Below are positions 63,480 through 64,000 of a stretch of 64,000 nucleotides of DNA, one piece after another. Within the stretch, counting starts at the first letter, position 1; each line of letters starts with the position of its first letter. Made by a program: the position numbers and the translations under genes. The stretch is from the NCBI GenBank assembly GCA_050273025.1, contig CP158636.1, positions 10,106,001 to 10,170,000 of the forward strand, in the 5' to 3' direction. Under the pieces are notes generated by a model, which worked only from the letters and a program-made list of their open reading frames with translations, was not told the origin of the DNA and made no database searches. This stretch comes from Cenococcum geophilum. Its lineage: Eukaryota.

Positions 63480-64000
63480 AATTTAGTAGTTAAGCTTCTT
63501 AGGGGCTCTTTAAGTCCGTTTCTTCTTATTCTTTGCATCGCTCTTATCTAATATACTACTATTAATAATCCCTCTAAGGCCCGTATTCTCCTCTCTTTCT
63601 TTCTCTAGCTAAAGTTTGGTATACTTAAGCGCATCCTAGCTATCCCGGACTTGCCGTTATAAATTATTATTTTTATCTAGTGCTTAAAGCATCTACTTTT
63701 GGAATAAGGCTTTTTAATCCTCTAATTCTATAATTTTATCTAAAGCGTTAAGTTTCCTGTTCATTACTGCAATCTAATACATTAGGTTGGCGGTTATTAG
63801 AGTTAAGTTATAGACTATATATTAGTCTCCCTTTAGCATCGCAATCTCCCTGCGTAAAGTATCTACTATCTTTCTAGCCTCTTGTACTACATTATAAGCG
63901 CACTCTAAGCATTTTTCTGCTTTATCTGCTCTTTCTTTTTCAAATTATAGTTCTTCTCTACTCTCTTAATACTCTAGCCGCTCTTATATAAGCTCCTCTT
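63480..64000 (-). pseudogene. Relic long coiled-coil protein (5' part outside the window)
   Basis: EELI*ERLEY*ESREEL*FEKERADKAEKCLECAYNVVQEARKIVDTLRREIAMLK...LEKKERRIRALEGLL, with a heptad-like E/K/R/L pattern. Confidence 0.55.

Larger units (their letters stand above)
14000..64000. mobile_element. RIP-degraded, gene-dense AT-rich block; candidate relic giant cargo element (Starship-like), continuing past the right edge
   Basis: Pervasive TpA excess and CpA/TpG loss; no ORF over ~90 aa; many long frames interrupted only by TAA/TAG at Gln/Trp-compatible positions; relic splice signals. RIP is well supported; the mobile-element identity is inferred. Confidence 0.6.

Noticed and set aside
14000..64000. 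DUF3435 captain, DUF3723, reverse transcriptase, integrase or DDE transposase relics
   Set aside because: Looked for by eye and not recognised in the frames I decoded. Heavy RIP could hide them, so absence is not proven.
1..64000. tRNA or 5S rRNA genes (possible insertion targets)
   Set aside because: None recognised by eye; tRNAscan-SE or Infernal would be needed to exclude degenerate copies.

Overview
Fungal (filamentous ascomycete-type) genomic DNA in two sharply different compartments. Bases ~1-13.9 kb hold intact, partly intron-containing genes: a partial Zn2Cys6-like gene at the left edge, an F-box-like gene, Y14/RBM8A, a GH76 glycoside hydrolase, a 6-phosphogluconate dehydrogenase paralog with a degenerate substrate motif, PEX2 and a HET-domain gene. 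From ~14 kb to the window end (~50 kb) the DNA is AT-rich, TpA-rich and CpA/TpG-poor, with no long ORFs, which is the signature of repeat-induced point mutation (RIP). Reading through the TAA/TAG stops by hand (as Gln/Trp) shows this block is not a retrotransposon pile. It is a dense array of killed protein genes: chromodomain-like, MYB/SANT+AT-hook, C2H2, an apparent 2OG-Fe(II) oxygenase-GNAT fusion, DUF6594-like, nucleoside 2-deoxyribosyltransferase-like, kinase-like, coiled-coil and many orphan genes, plus palindromes and repeats. The best interpretation is a RIP-inactivated giant cargo-carrying mobile element (Starship-like). No captain recombinase was seen in the window. All relic calls come from manual translation and remembered family motifs, not database searches, and relic boundaries are approximate.
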